A DNA stretch of 64,000 bases from Octopus sinensis (GCF_006345805.1 NC_042998.1:56606001-56670000), one strand, 5' to 3'; positions 33,640 through 46,953 are shown, counted from the stretch's first letter. Notes: generated by a model from the letters alone, not told the origin. Program-made: numbers and translations.

Positions 33640-33916
33640 TGCCTAGCAGAATATTTAGTCGAGCACTGGTACTTATTCTATCGGTCTCTGTTGCATAACT
33701 GCTAAATTACGGGGACGTAAACACGCCAACACCTGTTGCCAAGCGGTTATAGGAGACGGACATAAAAAGAGGTTTCTATCAGTTTCCGTCTAAATCCACT
33801 CACAAGGCAATGGTCAGCCTGAGGACATAGTAGAAGACACTTGCCCAAGGTGCCATGCAGTGGGACTGAACCCAAAACCATGTAGTTGAGAAGCAAACTT
33901 GCTACCACACAGCCAC
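33640..33916 (-). mobile_element. SINE family A, internally deleted
   Basis: Colinear with family A head and body. Confidence 0.75.
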
Positions 33917-34911
33917 AGAAACAATTTTGAATTGGCATCCCTTGGTTTTAACCCAACAAACCAAAACATATAGGGAGGTGTAGAAATAGTTTTTCAACAT
34001 TTCTAAACATGAAAGCATTATTTTTTTAATCCTCAGTTACTGACATGAGAAAATTAAATTTGAATCCAATGCAGCTCCGGTTAATGACAACGGAAGACAA
34101 TTTATATGTCTTTAAAAAACAGTCGACCTATTCCAGACCACTGCCATTTGGAATATATCTTCAATGATTAAACGACTTTCTCATTGACGAAGTAGCTATG
34201 TGAAAAGTTTCATTGAAAAATATTAATTTTTCTGGAAGTTATGAGGCAACAAAGTCGGGAGGTGGTATACATCTGTAATTATGTCAATAATAAGAATATA
34301 TTTCCATACATGAATACACTTTATTTTCCCAAATATCTAGGATATGCAAGTTGGATTTGGGGGTGAAAACACGAACATGGTGATCAGTTTAGCTACAAAT
34401 TCGAGTTTTATTGCTGCAACGAACTTGCTTTTATTCGAAATTTCTAATTCTTCCACAATTATACATACTGAAAGCTTTTAAAAAATTGCTTTTAATCAGC
34501 TTTTCTTTGTTACCAAACCTAAATATTAATCAAATATACGCTTCCAACTTAGTCATTGAATCAACAAGATTTAAATTTGCCAAATTATCGCCATACCATT
34601 ATTTTAATTATATATATTATTTTAATTGTATATATATATATATATCTTTATATATTATATAGCGAGAGAACTTTTCATATTAGTAAAAATAAAACATGAG
34701 TTTTAAGGTAAAACAACGGCAAACATCAACAGAAAAACAAATATTTTTTTTACAATTCGAAAAGTTGTAAAAGTGTAAAATGCGTTTAAGTGCCGAAACA
34801 AGCCATTTAAATAAAACAATTCTTTTGCAAAAATTAAACATTAATGAGAAAACAAGCAAATAGGAAAAAAAAAGATCACAGAAGTTATTTAAAAAAATAA
34901 GATACTCTTAC

Positions 34912-35000
34912 CAATTAAATAAGATAAAAACAAACGTCAACTGTAAAAGCGATTCGTTTACAGCGATACTGAAATTTGAATTTCATCCGCAGATTTGAAT
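34912..35000 (-). other. TACC: Putative non-coding first exon of TACC (5' boundary approximate)
   Basis: Strong donor TTG|GTAAGAGT at 34912/34911, just downstream of a promoter-like motif cluster and a rise in CpG. Confidence 0.5.
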
Positions 35001-35115
35001 TTCCCACGGACATGCGCAGTGTTGACTTCAGAGAGATGGGTAGCATGTCTCATTGTCGCTTTTATACCATCGTGAATCATGTCAAAGCTACCGTTATAAA
35101 CAGACGTCACATGTA
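34960..35115 (-). promoter_or_regulatory. Putative TACC promoter with two CHR-like TTTGAA elements, an E2F-like site and an NRF1-like site
   Basis: TTTGAA at 34975-34980 and 34994-34999; TTTCCCAC at 35000-35007; CATGCGCAG at 35011-35019; GACGTCA at about 35104-35110. Confidence 0.45.
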
Positions 35116-35237
35116 AACAACAACGAGAATCTCTAGGTAGTGGTAGCTCACAATGCTAGAAATAGTAGCCAATGCACCTCAGTTCACATCCTACCGTGTT
35201 TTCCCCTCTTCATTTTAAAGGAATCATTGAATAGTGT

Positions 35238-35675
35238 GGATCTTTTCGCTTTGACCGGCAGATTTTAAAAATAATTTCTTTGTAACTAAAAACTTTTAAA
35301 CTTCGTATACTGGTGTTTATAAAACATCTTTAGATCTTTTCGGTTTGAACGGCAGTTTTTAAAAATAATTTCCACGTAACTAAACACTTTTAAACTTCGT
35401 ATACTGGTAGAATATGTTTATAAAACGTCTTTTTCTCTTGGCTTTATTGAGAAAATTCTATAGTTTGTAAAGATATTTGTTGTTTTTTTCTTCAATTTCT
35501 GCAATTTCAACCAATCAATGACGTCTATTGGAGGTGAAAACATTCTGTGCCGTATGAATATGCCCCTCGTTTAAGAAACAGATTGGGTTTATTTACATTT
35601 CTGAAGAAAAAAAGATACCCTTTGCCCCCACCCCTAACCCTAACTAACCCTAACCCTAAAACAGATTGAAATTCA
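35238..35675 (-). mobile_element. Truncated copy of the TTAGGG-MITE with duplicated terminus, just upstream of the TACC promoter (small fragment also at about 61342-61420)
   Basis: ggatcttttcg..gcag occurs twice (about 35238 and 35334); ccctaaccctaactaaccctaaccctaa at about 35632-35659. Confidence 0.82.
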
Positions 35676-35679
35676 TAGG

Positions 35680-36870
35680 CTGACCAAAATATTTTCATGG
35701 AACGTGACCAAATGAGGCTTATTTTTCAACATAGTTCCCCTTTGTGGCCCACACAGTTCTTCCACCTGTGTTGCAGTGCTTGTATACCATTAATGAAGAA
35801 GCTTTCCTCCTGTTGGTCAAGATAAAAACAAACAAAAGTCATCAACAGCAGATACTGGTTCCCAGCCAAGTACTTTTTCGTGTTGGGATACAAATGGAAC
35901 CAAATCAGGAGAATAGGGAAGTAGCTCAATGAGTTCAAAGCCAGAGTCACGCACAGCGGCCTTTGAAACCAACGACTTGTGTTTGGGCGCATTTCGTCTG
36001 TTTTCCTGGGCATTTAGTTTTGATAGCCTTTCATAAATGCCTCAGCATGTTGGCTAAGTACTCTCCATTGATGATGTTGCTCTTTTGAAGATAATAAACA
36101 ATGCCTTTTGCATCTCAAAAACTGAAGTCATCTTCTTCCTTGCAAGTGAAAAGATCTTGGCTTTCTTTGGAGCAGGCGAGGACGATGATTCCACTGCATG
36201 GATCGTCTCTTTGTCTCTAGCTTAAAGGAATGACCCCAACACTTATGTTGGGCCAGGAGACGTTCAAAGAAACCAACTAGATCTGTCTCAAACAATGTCA
36301 GAATTTTATGTGGTGTAATCAGCATGGTGTGCGTTTGATCAGGTGTCAGTAGACGAGGGATCCACCGAGCAGAAACCTTCCTCAAGCCAACTTAATAGTT
36401 CAGAATATTTTCAACTCTCTCAAAGGATATACTAATCGCATTATCCACTTGATTTATAGTCAATTGCCCGTCATTCATCACCATGCGGTGAACACGATCA
36501 ATGTTTTTCTTGGTGGTGATAGTTACGGGAAGCCCAGAACTCCCAGTCCCACTCCAAAATTCTGCTGCCCACTTTTGTTTTCTTGGTAAAGCTGAAACGT
36601 CATCCCCTAATGTAGCAAGCGTGTCAGCATAAAAGTTCTTGGGGGCTAAACCAATTTTCTGCTGACGCTTAATAACACCACGATGCCAAATTTCGTCCAT
36701 TTTCAAATGTTACTAGTTACGTTTAAAGTCTTCTCTGAACGGTCAGAGAAATCCGAAAAGAAACAATCCAGTTATTAATACGAAGGGTTCATACTGATGC
36801 TTGCAAGATTACCCATTTCTAACGTCGCTCCTTCATAGTTAACCTATGAACGTTTCAGTCCACTCTCGAA
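35680..36870 (-). mobile_element. Degenerate mariner transposon
   Basis: MRKVSARWIPRLLTPDQ...GFFERLLAQ..CW.H.F..ETKRRSMQW; terminus cctatgaacgtttcagtccactctcg. Confidence 0.9.
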
Positions 36871-36876
36871 TATAAC

Positions 36877-37272
36877 ACTAGCAGTATCGCCCGGCGTTGC
36901 TCGGGCTTGTAAGGGAAATAACTATACAGCATTTTTAGAGAGTTATAGCCAAAAAATAGCAAAAAAATGCATTAAAAATGGAAAAAATATGATGGTAAAT
37001 TTTTTTTTAAATCGTTGACTCATCGTAGACATTTTTAGAGAGTTACTTCCCTTTAAAAAAATATGCATGAAAATGGAACAAAATGATGGTAAATTATTTT
37101 TAAAATCGTAGACTCATCGTAGACGCGCGCTAATACCCAGAAGGGCTCGATATGAATCACGACTATAAGATACCCGGTTTTGGTTAAACTGTACCGCAAA
37201 ATGTGGGAGTAGTTAGGAATCTAATTCGAAGGGGACAGACACTCACACAACTACAGTTTTATATATATAGAT
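36877..37272 (+). mobile_element. Non-autonomous Helitron/Helentron-like element
   Basis: Terminus actagcagtatcgcccggcgttgctcggg with hairpin; other end cagacac...ttttatatatatagat. Confidence 0.7.
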
Positions 37273-37413
37273 TATCACGAGAATGTTTAGAATCCACTAA
37301 ATGTGGAAATATTAATTGCGTGAGAACATTATCTGTGTTCGTAATTTGCATCACTCACTCACAGTGTTTAGTCAGGTTTCTTTACACTCTGGGTTCAAAC
37401 CTACCTAGGGTCT

Positions 37414-37414
<1 letters not shown>

Positions 37415-37492
<78 letters not shown>
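37415..37492. repeat. (TCTA)n microsatellite (others at about 38600-38710, 49283-49366 and 50113-50195)
   Basis: Direct reading. Confidence 0.97.
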
Positions 37493-37493
<1 letters not shown>

Positions 37494-38596
37494 CCCGTTA
37501 TATGCAATAAAAGCAATATTAGATTAAATTGTCCATCTGTATATCATACAGATGTAAATACATAAGTAAATTTACTGCAGTATTCACCTGAATATAGTTG
37601 TTTTCTGGACATATTGTACTAAAACCCACACAAATATATCAGTAGCAGACGAAAATCGCCCAGCAGCAGCAGCACAGCAGCAGCAGCAGCAATGGAAATG
37701 CTTGATACGCATTTCTGCACCGTTGGTCATTATAAGCAGCATGTACTCACTGCTAATCCATGCTAAAACAGGGTCCGGTTTAAATATATATTACCTTGAT
37801 AAAATTACGTAGAGTTTAAAAACAATAAATGCTGCAAAACATTTAATCAAATGATTTTCAGTTTTTGTCGCATTCATTCAATTTTATGATTTCTTTATCG
37901 CAAACCAGCGAGGGACCTTCTACGTTAAGCTACGGAATTTAAGTAACGGAGGACAGAAAGAAAGTATTGCATCTCCGTGAACTTTGAAGAAAATTTTCGA
38001 AGTAGACAGACCTTTCAAGAATAAGGATACTATGGTGGAGTTGATTTAAATGGGGCTCCTTCATTCTTGCTAGAGTGTGTGCCAAACAACCTTTAAGAGT
38101 GCAGAGCAGTGTTTAAGTCTGTCCCCACCCCACCTAAGCCTATATAAGCTTATACAGCAGACCCAAAAGTGTCACCCTCATGAAAGCATTGCTCAGAGTG
38201 GACTGCCCCATAGCTACGCTAATGGTCCTTGACACTGAAAAGATTGGAAAACATTGTTTTATGTCGTTTAATAACGAGAGCTTTTGGTTATAGGCAAGTT
38301 TGATTAGAGTTGACAGTGTTAGAAAAAAAAACATAAAAATTTCATTGAAACTGCACTCTACCGTCTTACAAAATAACAATCACATCTTGGATAAGAGACT
38401 GCGTCAGACGAAAAGACGGCTGAGACATCAATGATAAGAAGGCCCGATCGATTAGTGCCAAGATGGATCGAAACAATTACAACAAAGTACAAAACAAACA
38501 TTGTGTATGTTTGTGTTGGGTATTTCGCACTTTATCGTAGCAAATATATTTAAATGGTAGCTGACTGTCAGATGGGGTTGCCTCCCTTTAACCATC

Positions 38597-38709
<113 letters not shown>

Positions 38710-38711
38710 AT

Positions 38712-38861
38712 TATTTACTTGTTTTAGTAATTAGACTGCGGCCATGCTGGGGCACTGGCCTGAAGAATTTTAGTCTAACGAATCGATCCCAGTGCTTTTT
38801 TTTGTAAAGCCTATCGGTCCTTTTTACGTAACACCAACACCGGTTATCAATCGGTGGTGGA

Positions 38862-38960
<99 letters not shown>

Positions 38961-38971
38961 TATATATATAT

Positions 38972-39057
<86 letters not shown>

Positions 39058-39607
39058 TATATTATATATGGTGTGTGTAGGCGTAGGTGTGGCTGAGTGG
39101 TAAAAAGCTTGCTTCCCAACCACATCGTTCTGGGTTCAGTCCCACTACGTCGCACCTTGCGCAAGTCTCTTCCACTATGGCCTGAAGATAGTGTAGAAGA
39201 CACTTGCCCAAGGTGTCACGCAGTGAGACTGATATATATATTCTTTTATTTGTTTCAGTCATTTGACTGCGGCCATGCTGGAGCACCGCCTTTAGTCGAA
39301 CAAATCGACCCGAGGACTTATTCTTTATAAGCCTAGTACTTATTCTATCGGTCTCTCTTGCCGAATTGTTAAGTTACATGGACATAAACACACCAACATC
39401 GGTTGTCAAACGACGGTGGTGGGGGTACACAAAGACACACTCACACATATGACAGGCTTCTTTCAGTTTTTGCCTACCAAGTCCACTCAGAAGGCTTTGG
39501 TCAAACTGAGGCTATAGTAGAGGACACTTGCGCAAGGTGCGACGTAGTGGGACTGAACCCAGAACCATGTGGTTGGGAAGCAAGCTTCTTACCACAGCCA
39601 CACCTGA
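38712..39607. mobile_element. Cluster of SINE family A pieces (38712-38870 -, 39078-39225 +, 39245-39607 -) around a (TA)n block
   Basis: Family A sequence in both orientations. Confidence 0.8.
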
Positions 39608-39610
39608 GCC

Positions 39611-40225
39611 TATGTATGTATGTATGTATGTATGTATGTATGTATGTATGTAGGTATTGTCATAAATGTATGTATGTATGTATGTGTAGTATGTATGTAT
39701 GTATGTATGTATGTATGTATGTATGTATGTAGTATGTATGTATGTATGTATGTATGTATGTATGTATGTATGTATGTATGTATGTATGTATGTATGTATG
39801 TAGTGTATGTATGTATGTATGTATGTATGTATGTATGTATGTATGTATGTATGTATGTTGTATGTATGTATGTATGTATGTATGTATGTATGTATGTATG
39901 TATGTATGTATGTATGTATGATGTATGTATGTATGTATGTATTATGTATGTATTATGTATGTATGTATGTATGTATGTATGTTGTATGTATGTATGTATG
40001 TATGTATGTATGTATGTATGTATATGTATGTGTGTATGTGTGTATGTGTGTATGTGTGTTGTGGTGTGTGTGTGTGATGTATGTATGTAGTATGTATGTA
40101 TGTATGTATGTATGTATGTATGCATGCATGCATGCATGCATGCATGAGTGTGTGTATGTATGTATGTATGTATGTATGTATGTATGTATGTATGTATGTA
40201 TGTATGTATGTATGTATGTATGCAT
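39611..40225. repeat. Long compound (TATG)n microsatellite
   Basis: Direct reading. Confidence 0.98.
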
Positions 40226-40259
40226 GTATACTGGCTGAGTAGCTCGTCGTTACCGGGTA

Positions 40260-41560
40260 AGTTACACGATAGAGTACCTTGGCGAATTTTCAAGTTCTCC
40301 TTCTCTCACTACCGATTTTAGCCAATGTATTTTTTTTTGCACTATGCACTTAAAACGATGGGAGAAACCTTGAAGGTTAAAAAAAATTGAAAAGTATAAG
40401 CCCCACTTGCTAGGGTAATCAACTGATTACAGATTACGGTAATCTACTGTGAAATGATTACAATAGATTACCCTAGCAAGTACCCTAACTATAGACACAG
40501 GACTCAGGCTAGAAACTTGGAAGAATGAGGTCTAGATCATTCATTCTCACTATACCAAACTCATGGCCTCTAAATACCTGGCCCCCAAGAACGCAGCTAT
40601 TGCGGACAACATCAAGTTCGATATCCTAATAACTGACTTGGCGGGAGTGACGAGAAATGTGTCCCGCATGTGCGACACAACAAAATTAGAAAGATAAATA
40701 TAACGTTTTATTCACCGTATCCAGCTAAAGGGACACGATCAGAGTGTAGAAAGGAAACAGAGTTAAGTACAAGGACATCATAGAGAATGATGCAAAGGAG
40801 TAAATCCTGGAATAGCATATAGAGGACCAAGAAGGAGGCAGATAAGGCCAATTCTTGTGTGAGAGCCTAAAATACCAGACTGTCCCGTTCGTTGATGCTG
40901 CTCCTACGGCGAACTAACATATGTTTTTAGGAAACTCTTAGATAACACGAATCTACGGATTAAAGTTGTAGAAAGGCCAGTAACTCCCATAAAACCCCTG
41001 ATCTGTAGAACGTATCCATTTGAAAGGACCCCATGTACGGATAACAACTGTATAGTATGTAGGATGAAGCCACAGGTAAACTGTTAAGATTAGGAATGTA
41101 GTCTATAGTATATGGTGTACTGAGGGACAGTGCCAAAACAGGACTACGTCATATATTGCGGAGACAGCACGCAGCATAGGTGAGCGGATAGATGCACACT
41201 GGCGGGAGTTCAAGGAGGTGAGGAGCTCGTCAGTGCTCTACCAACAAGCTCAATTAGAACATGAAGCTCGGTTAATAACATAGATACTAAGATATGAACA
41301 CATAGAATTGGCACGACATGTAGACAGATTACAGAGGCCATATACAGACGGAACCTCAACAAGAAACATGAATGGAATAATAACACTCCTCCACCACACC
41401 ACACTACGCAACCTGACAACTGAAGACAGAGTGAACTAAACAGAACAGGAGGAGACACGTGGGACTGTGAGAGTCGCTGAAGAGGTCACAGGACGTGTAA
41501 CGAAAGATTTCAGACAAAGGACAGTAAAATATGAATATGAATATGAATAAGGATAAAACT
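40260..41560 (+). mobile_element. Degenerate Penelope-like element (RT thumb, GIY-YIG, terminal region)
   Basis: IKVVERP...CTDNNCIVC...RNVVYSIWCTEGQC...SYIAETARSIGERIDAH remnants, with a hammerhead-like relic at 41473-41515. Confidence 0.78.
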
Positions 41561-41609
41561 GAAGTTAAGATCGAGTGGTTAATTGGCGAAAATATGACCA
41601 TCTCCAAAT

Positions 41610-41657
<48 letters not shown>

Positions 41658-42954
41658 CACACATTACATATATATATGGTTAAAACACACACACACACAC
41701 ACTGAACATCCTCCTTCTGGAATCTTCTTCCTGCTGGCGTTGATCTGCAGCATATTAGCGACATCAAGTTCATTCACCCAGAGGGCTTTGGAGGCCTGTA
41801 AAAGTCATGAACACTATATTTTTTCCTTCGGACTCTGTAAATAAAAAGTGAGTGAGTGAAGAGTTATTGAATAATATGGTTCACTGTCTAAACTGGAAAG
41901 ACGGCATGGTCACGACTGGAATGCCTTTGTTTATAGATCTGTTCAATCACGCTGATCAACATCATCAGCTGCAATGACAGAAACGTTACCACCACCGTCA
42001 CCACCACTCCCATCATCTCCGCCGCCGCTGCCGCCGCCACCACCACCACCACCACCACCACCACCACCACCACCATGAAGTGAAAAAAAGACGTGCCGGG
42101 ATTAATGGTTGTATGCTTGTGTGTGTGTGTGTGTGTGCGTGTGCGTGAGTGTATGCATATATATTATATATTTGAGCACCCCCCCCCCGTCCAATGGGCG
42201 GTGCTGAGTTGTCAAACATTTAAACCAAATTTCTCAAAACAACTTGTCCCTTCCTTTGAGAAACACTGATTTAACCCAAATTTGAGACACCAGCAAAAGA
42301 AGAAATAAAGATAGACTTTTTTCTATTCCAAAGAAAAACGATTTTATTCACACAAATATGCAACCGAAGAGTTTAAAGTACCAGTAATGATAAGGCTGTT
42401 GACTGAGAGAACACAAACATGGTTTAAACAGTAAGCTTGGCAGGAAAGAAACGTGCCTTTAAGCAGTACAAAAACAACAAAAAATGGAAGGTGCAGTTAT
42501 GTACAGGTTGACAGAATAAAAGCAGGAAAAAAACGGCTTTATCGATCGCATTTTCACCTGGAATCGATTTTTGTAATTTTTTCAAGACTCATACACGCCC
42601 TGATACCGTCGGTATCTATATATCAAATTTGAGCGCAATCGGATGGAGGATGCCCGTGATCCTAGAAGACACACACACACAGACAGACAGAACGGATTTT
42701 ATATAATAGATATATATGTATATCATATATAATAGATATATATGTTTATCTCTGTCTCGCTACACACACACACGCGCGCACACACACGCACACGCACGCG
42801 CACACACACACTCCCCAAGACACAAGGAAGTAAAACAAGGACGAATATAAGGTAAGGCAGTGGCAAAAAGTAATCTATGACAATAGACAAGTAGACGTTA
42901 GAAGTGGTGGAAAAGGGAAGAGAAATAAACCGGAACATTAATATTAGTTTCAGA

Positions 42955-43170
42955 TTTTGGCACAAGGCCAGCAAATTTGGAGGAGGGTTGGTAAGTCGAT
43001 TACATCGATTCCACTGCTCAACTGATACTTATTTTATTAGCCCCCGAAATGATGAAAGGCAAAGTCAATCTTGGCGGAATTTGAACACTGAACGTAAAGA
43101 TGGACGAAACGCTCCTAAGCATTTTGCCCGGCGCGCTAAAGATTCTGCCTTATCGCCGCCTTCCCAATAT
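42955..43170 (-). mobile_element. SINE family B, degenerate (similar copies at about 45590-45790 -, 52510-52710 - and 625-715 +)
   Basis: gatgaaaggcaaagtcaa...ggcggaatttgaac... matches the reverse complement of 60860-60920. Confidence 0.72.
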
Positions 43171-44789
43171 TGAAAGATGTATATAATGAAAATATATACA
43201 CGAAACGGGAGAAAATGCAGATCTAACATTTTGAGTTAAACTTTTTATAAAAAATAAACCCCAAAAAGCAAAAAAAAAAAAAAAACCAATTCATGCAAAG
43301 AAGTTGGGTAAAAAATGATAAAATTGATGAGGTTTGTTAATATTGCAGATTTGGTGAAAAAGGTAGTTAGAAAGGAGAAAAGTAGGAGTCTCTGCGGTAC
43401 AAAGTCCACGCCACTTAACTATAGACTGAAAACAACTATGGCTTGATACACCGTGAGCTTGATTTCTTCAAGTTCTTCAAGTTCTTCTTTTCGAAGATAC
43501 GCAGAAAAAGTTTTCCAAAAGTGACATGGGTAGCTTGGATACTGTTCTCGACGATTTTCTCGCTTCGGTCTTACAACAAACATCCAGAAAAACAAAATAC
43601 TTCGAACCAAAATCTATCCAGATTTCAATATCACTGTCTCGAACGCACCAGAAAAACAAGTAGACAATTTTCCTTCTTTCGGAAGCACTCGCATCACAGA
43701 ATGCGCGCGCGTGCACCTCACCTTTCACGCAGTGAGTTAAAAACATAATGAATGCACAAACAAGCGGGAAACAAACACAAATGGTCACCAACCCCTCGTC
43801 TGTTATCGGCTAGCGGGCCAATCGCAATTTTGCGTCTAAGCGATAATATTGAAATCCCCTACTGGTGGCACCGACGGCGAACACCACCGGGAATTGGCGA
43901 AGCAAAAAGCAAGGAACAAGACAGAAAATGTACAAATAGACAAGAATACAATGCAGACAGTTAACATACAAATGTGGAATCCAAAACGAGACGATTAGTG
44001 GATGGACAAGAGACAGAGAAGAAAAGCAAACAGGACTGTGGGCATACAAACGAACTGATATACATAAGTGAACAAAATAAGGCCTTAGCGTCAGACAGGA
44101 GACGAAAATAGCCAACACTGGGAGAGTATGTGTATGGTGTATGTGTGTGAGTGTGTGTGATTTATAATTGGTTACATGTATGTACACACATACATACATA
44201 CATACATACATACATACATACATACATACATACATGCATATATGCATACATACATGGTGGCTGCCCCCTCGTTATCGAGTATGGCCATTGCACGAAGCTT
44301 AATCAATATTGTTATCGTGCAATGCCTGTGCAAGAAGATTTTTTAAAGTGAGGAAAGGCTGTGCACTGAGTCAGTCCCACTCATTAAGCAACAGCAGCCA
44401 TAATCCGAAAAGAAGAACAAGTCAACATCATCGGTAACCACTGAGTCGCAGCTTTTATGACGGAGTTATCCCAGTTACCTGAGTTACCTTCTCCTAGAAG
44501 GATGCCCTAACAAAGGCTAGGAGTCCTTCACTCCCAATGGTTTAACCGCGCGATCGGGTATTCAGTCCGATTATTTCTATGTTCCCGCACTTGATACAGC
44601 ATTAAGAGATTTATTGGATGGCCATTGACTCTCAAGAGTTCCTCCGCCCTTTGACGGGTTTTGTTTTTCATCCCGCAGGGTGTCCAATAAACACCCTCAT
44701 CACCAAGCAAACTTGGTGGGGTTGCCGGTTTAGTCGCAACAGGTCGTACTGGGTTACATGTTATCAGTAGCACTCGAAAGTGACCTGAC

Positions 44790-44812
44790 GTAAACACACA
44801 CACACACACACA

Positions 44813-44851
<39 letters not shown>

Positions 44852-45040
44852 ATACACACAAACAAACACACACACACGATGGGGTCCTTTCAGTTTCCGT
44901 TTACCAAATCCACTCACAAAGCTTTGGTCGACTCGAGGCTATAGTAGAAGACACTTTCTGAAGGTGCCACAAAGTGGGATTGAACCCAGGACCATGTGAT
45001 TGCGAAATAAACTTCTCAACACAGACCCACACCTGTGGCT
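44790..45040 (-). mobile_element. SINE family A head
   Basis: cctttcagtttccgtttaccaaatccactcac...gggattgaacccagg. Confidence 0.7.
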
Positions 45041-45054
45041 CACTCTCTCTCTGG

Positions 45055-45150
45055 GTGTTCTTCTCTCTTACAATATATGTGTCTCACTCTCTCTCTCTCT
45101 CTCTCTAGGTCTTCCTCTCTCTTCCGCCTTCTCTCTTACAATATGTGTCA

Positions 45151-45199
<49 letters not shown>

Positions 45200-45881
45200 A
45201 CTCTCTTTTTTATCTCTATCTCTCTCTTCTCTCTCTCTCTCTCTTCCGCCTTCTCTCTTACAATATGTGTCACTTTCTCTCTCTCTCTCTCTTTCACTCT
45301 CTCTTTCTCTCTCCCTTCCCCCTCTCTCTTTCTCTCTCTCTCTCTTCCCCCTCTCTCTTTCTCTCTCCCCCCTCTCTCTCTCTCTATATATATATATGTA
45401 TCACTATATCGACCTGACTATCAGATATTGCTATACATCTTTGGCCACTATGTGCTTTCTCGCATTTTAAAACCCTTCGAATGATGATGATGATGATGAT
45501 GATGATGACGACGACGACGACGACGATGATGAAAGAGAGAGAGAGGGAGTGCATATTACATAATTACTGGTTTCAAAATTTGGTACAAGATCAGCAATTT
45601 TGGTGGCGGTTTAAGGTCGATGTTATCGCCGCCAGTGCTCAACTGGTACTTACTTTATCGCCCTCGAATGGATGAAAGGTGGAGTCAACATCGGCCAGAA
45701 TTTGAACTTAGACCGTAAAGACTGACGAAATGCTGCTACGTATTTTACCAGGTGTGCCAACGAAGCCTGTCAACTCGCTGCCTTAGTTATGTTATATATA
45801 GTTATGATGAAATGAAATAATTGCCGAGCATAAGTGACCAAGAATTGCTTCCCTTGAACCGACATGTGTGTGTGTGTGTGT

Positions 45882-45940
<59 letters not shown>

Positions 45941-45952
45941 TGTGTGTGTATG

Positions 45953-46012
<60 letters not shown>

Positions 46013-46097
46013 TATATATATTATATACATGCATACATACATATATATATATACATACATACATATATATACATACACACCACACACACACCACATA

Positions 46098-46129
<32 letters not shown>

Positions 46130-46132
46130 ATG

Positions 46133-46163
<31 letters not shown>

Positions 46164-46231
46164 TATACATATATATATATATATACATGCATAATACATA
46201 TATATATATACATACATACATAATATACATA

Positions 46232-46285
<54 letters not shown>

Positions 46286-46574
46286 TATGTATATATATAT
46301 ATATATTATATATATATATATAGATATATTATTATATACATATATATATATACATGCATACATACATATATATATATACATACATACATATATATACATA
46401 AACACACACACACATATATATATATATCTATATATATATATATATGTGTGTGTGTATGTATATATATATATATATATATATAATTATATATATATATATA
46501 TATATATTACATATATATAATTATACATGCATACATACATATATATATATATACATACATCCATATATATACAT

Positions 46575-46620
<46 letters not shown>

Positions 46621-46630
46621 GTATACATAC
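45055..46630. repeat. Compound microsatellite block: (CT)n with a triplicated ~40-bp spacer, (GAT)n/(GAC)n, (TA)n/(CA)n
   Basis: Direct reading; tcttccgccttctctcttacaatatgtgtcact recurs at about 45118 and 45243, with a variant at about 45058. Confidence 0.95.
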
Positions 46631-46953
46631 GATATAGTGTATATTTAAACACATAAGGTATCTACTTATAGGGGTTCTACACGCTAGAAAGAACAGCTAG
46701 GTTCTATAACCACAAAAATTAGGGATAAAATTCGACAGGAATAAATTTAGAAATGAAAAACATTTACCATCTTGTTTCTTGGACCCGGAAACCAATTGGT
46801 TCAGGAAACTTGATGGTAAATGTTTTTCATTTCTAAATGTATTCCTGTCGAATTTTATCCCTAATTTTTGTGGTTATAGAACCTAGCTGTTCTTTCTAGC
46901 GTGTAGAATCCCTATAAGTGGATTCCTTATGTGTTTAGATATACACCGTGTCG
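46630..46953. mobile_element. Fold-back MITE (~150-bp arms, ~22-bp spacer, TA flanks)
   Basis: 46630-46780 is the near-perfect reverse complement of 46803-46953. Confidence 0.92.

Noticed and set aside
35632-35659. TTAGGG repeats as a chromosome end or fusion scar
   Set aside because: Only a few units, and always inside the same MITE family.
37860-38500. Possible decayed Penelope-like tail
   Set aside because: Only vague similarity; no convincing GIY-YIG or hammerhead core.
38711-40293. ORFs of YI/MYVC/HTYI repeats (also 45792-46656, 53.9-54.4 kb and 61.4-62.2 kb)
   Set aside because: They are translations of (TA)n, (TATG)n and (CA)n microsatellites.
41960-42080. (CCG)n/(CCA)n run suggesting a Pro/Ala-rich exon; also (CAG)n at about 37663-37692
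   Set aside because: Simple trinucleotide repeats without supporting splice sites or flanking coding signal.
43380-43700. Possible decayed RTE C-terminal fragment (IKLTVYQAIVVFSL)
   Set aside because: A single short motif; too weak to annotate.
44250-44760. GC-richer stretch resembling a LINE 5' UTR, possibly with an HDV-like ribozyme
   Set aside because: I could not draw the nested double pseudoknot, and there is no linked ORF.
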